Positions 63,983 to 64,000 of a DNA stretch of 64,000 bases are shown here, in pieces. The notes below the pieces were generated by a model that did no database searches, was not told the origin of the DNA, and saw only the letters and a list, made by a program, of their open reading frames with translations. The position numbers and the translations under genes were made by a program. Positions within the stretch are counted from its first letter, which is position 1. Each line of letters opens with the position of its first letter. Where the stretch lies: the NCBI RefSeq assembly GCF_006345805.1, contig NC_043012.1:34720001-34784000 (forward strand), read 5' to 3'. This DNA comes from Octopus sinensis (lineage: Eukaryota).

Positions 63983-64000
63983 AGTATCACAACTACAATT

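Overview
AT-rich, microsatellite-saturated animal genomic DNA with no long host-gene ORF. The repeat repertoire (two tRNA-derived SINE families, RTE and Dong/R4 LINEs, Penelope-like elements, non-autonomous Helitrons, long CATA/TATG, ATT and TA arrays) matches my recollection of Octopus genomes; this is an inference, not a database result. Almost all ORFs in the supplied track are microsatellite read-throughs or transposon fragments. Recognisable protein-coding relics are a 5'-truncated, frameshifted RTE LINE (56.7-59.7 kb), several RTE 3' fragments, a Dong/R4 LINE (15.7-17.2 kb), a mariner (23.4-24.3 kb), a MULE transposase fragment (51.5-52.3 kb) and three Penelope-like GIY-YIG fragments. 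The most striking unannotated signal is about ten type I hammerhead-ribozyme-like motifs from several distinct short repeat families. One has a fully intact catalytic core (46134-46185, minus) and sits inside a ~225-bp fold-back element. Others carry unusual core variants (extra A after A9, U4C, A6U). Also notable: SINE concatemers joined at a self-complementary junction, Helitrons whose 3' end is a collapsing palindrome, a CCAAT plus RFX X-box promoter-like site, and a few candidate host exons. Coordinates were read by eye; boundaries of degraded repeats are approximate (about +/-10-20 bp).
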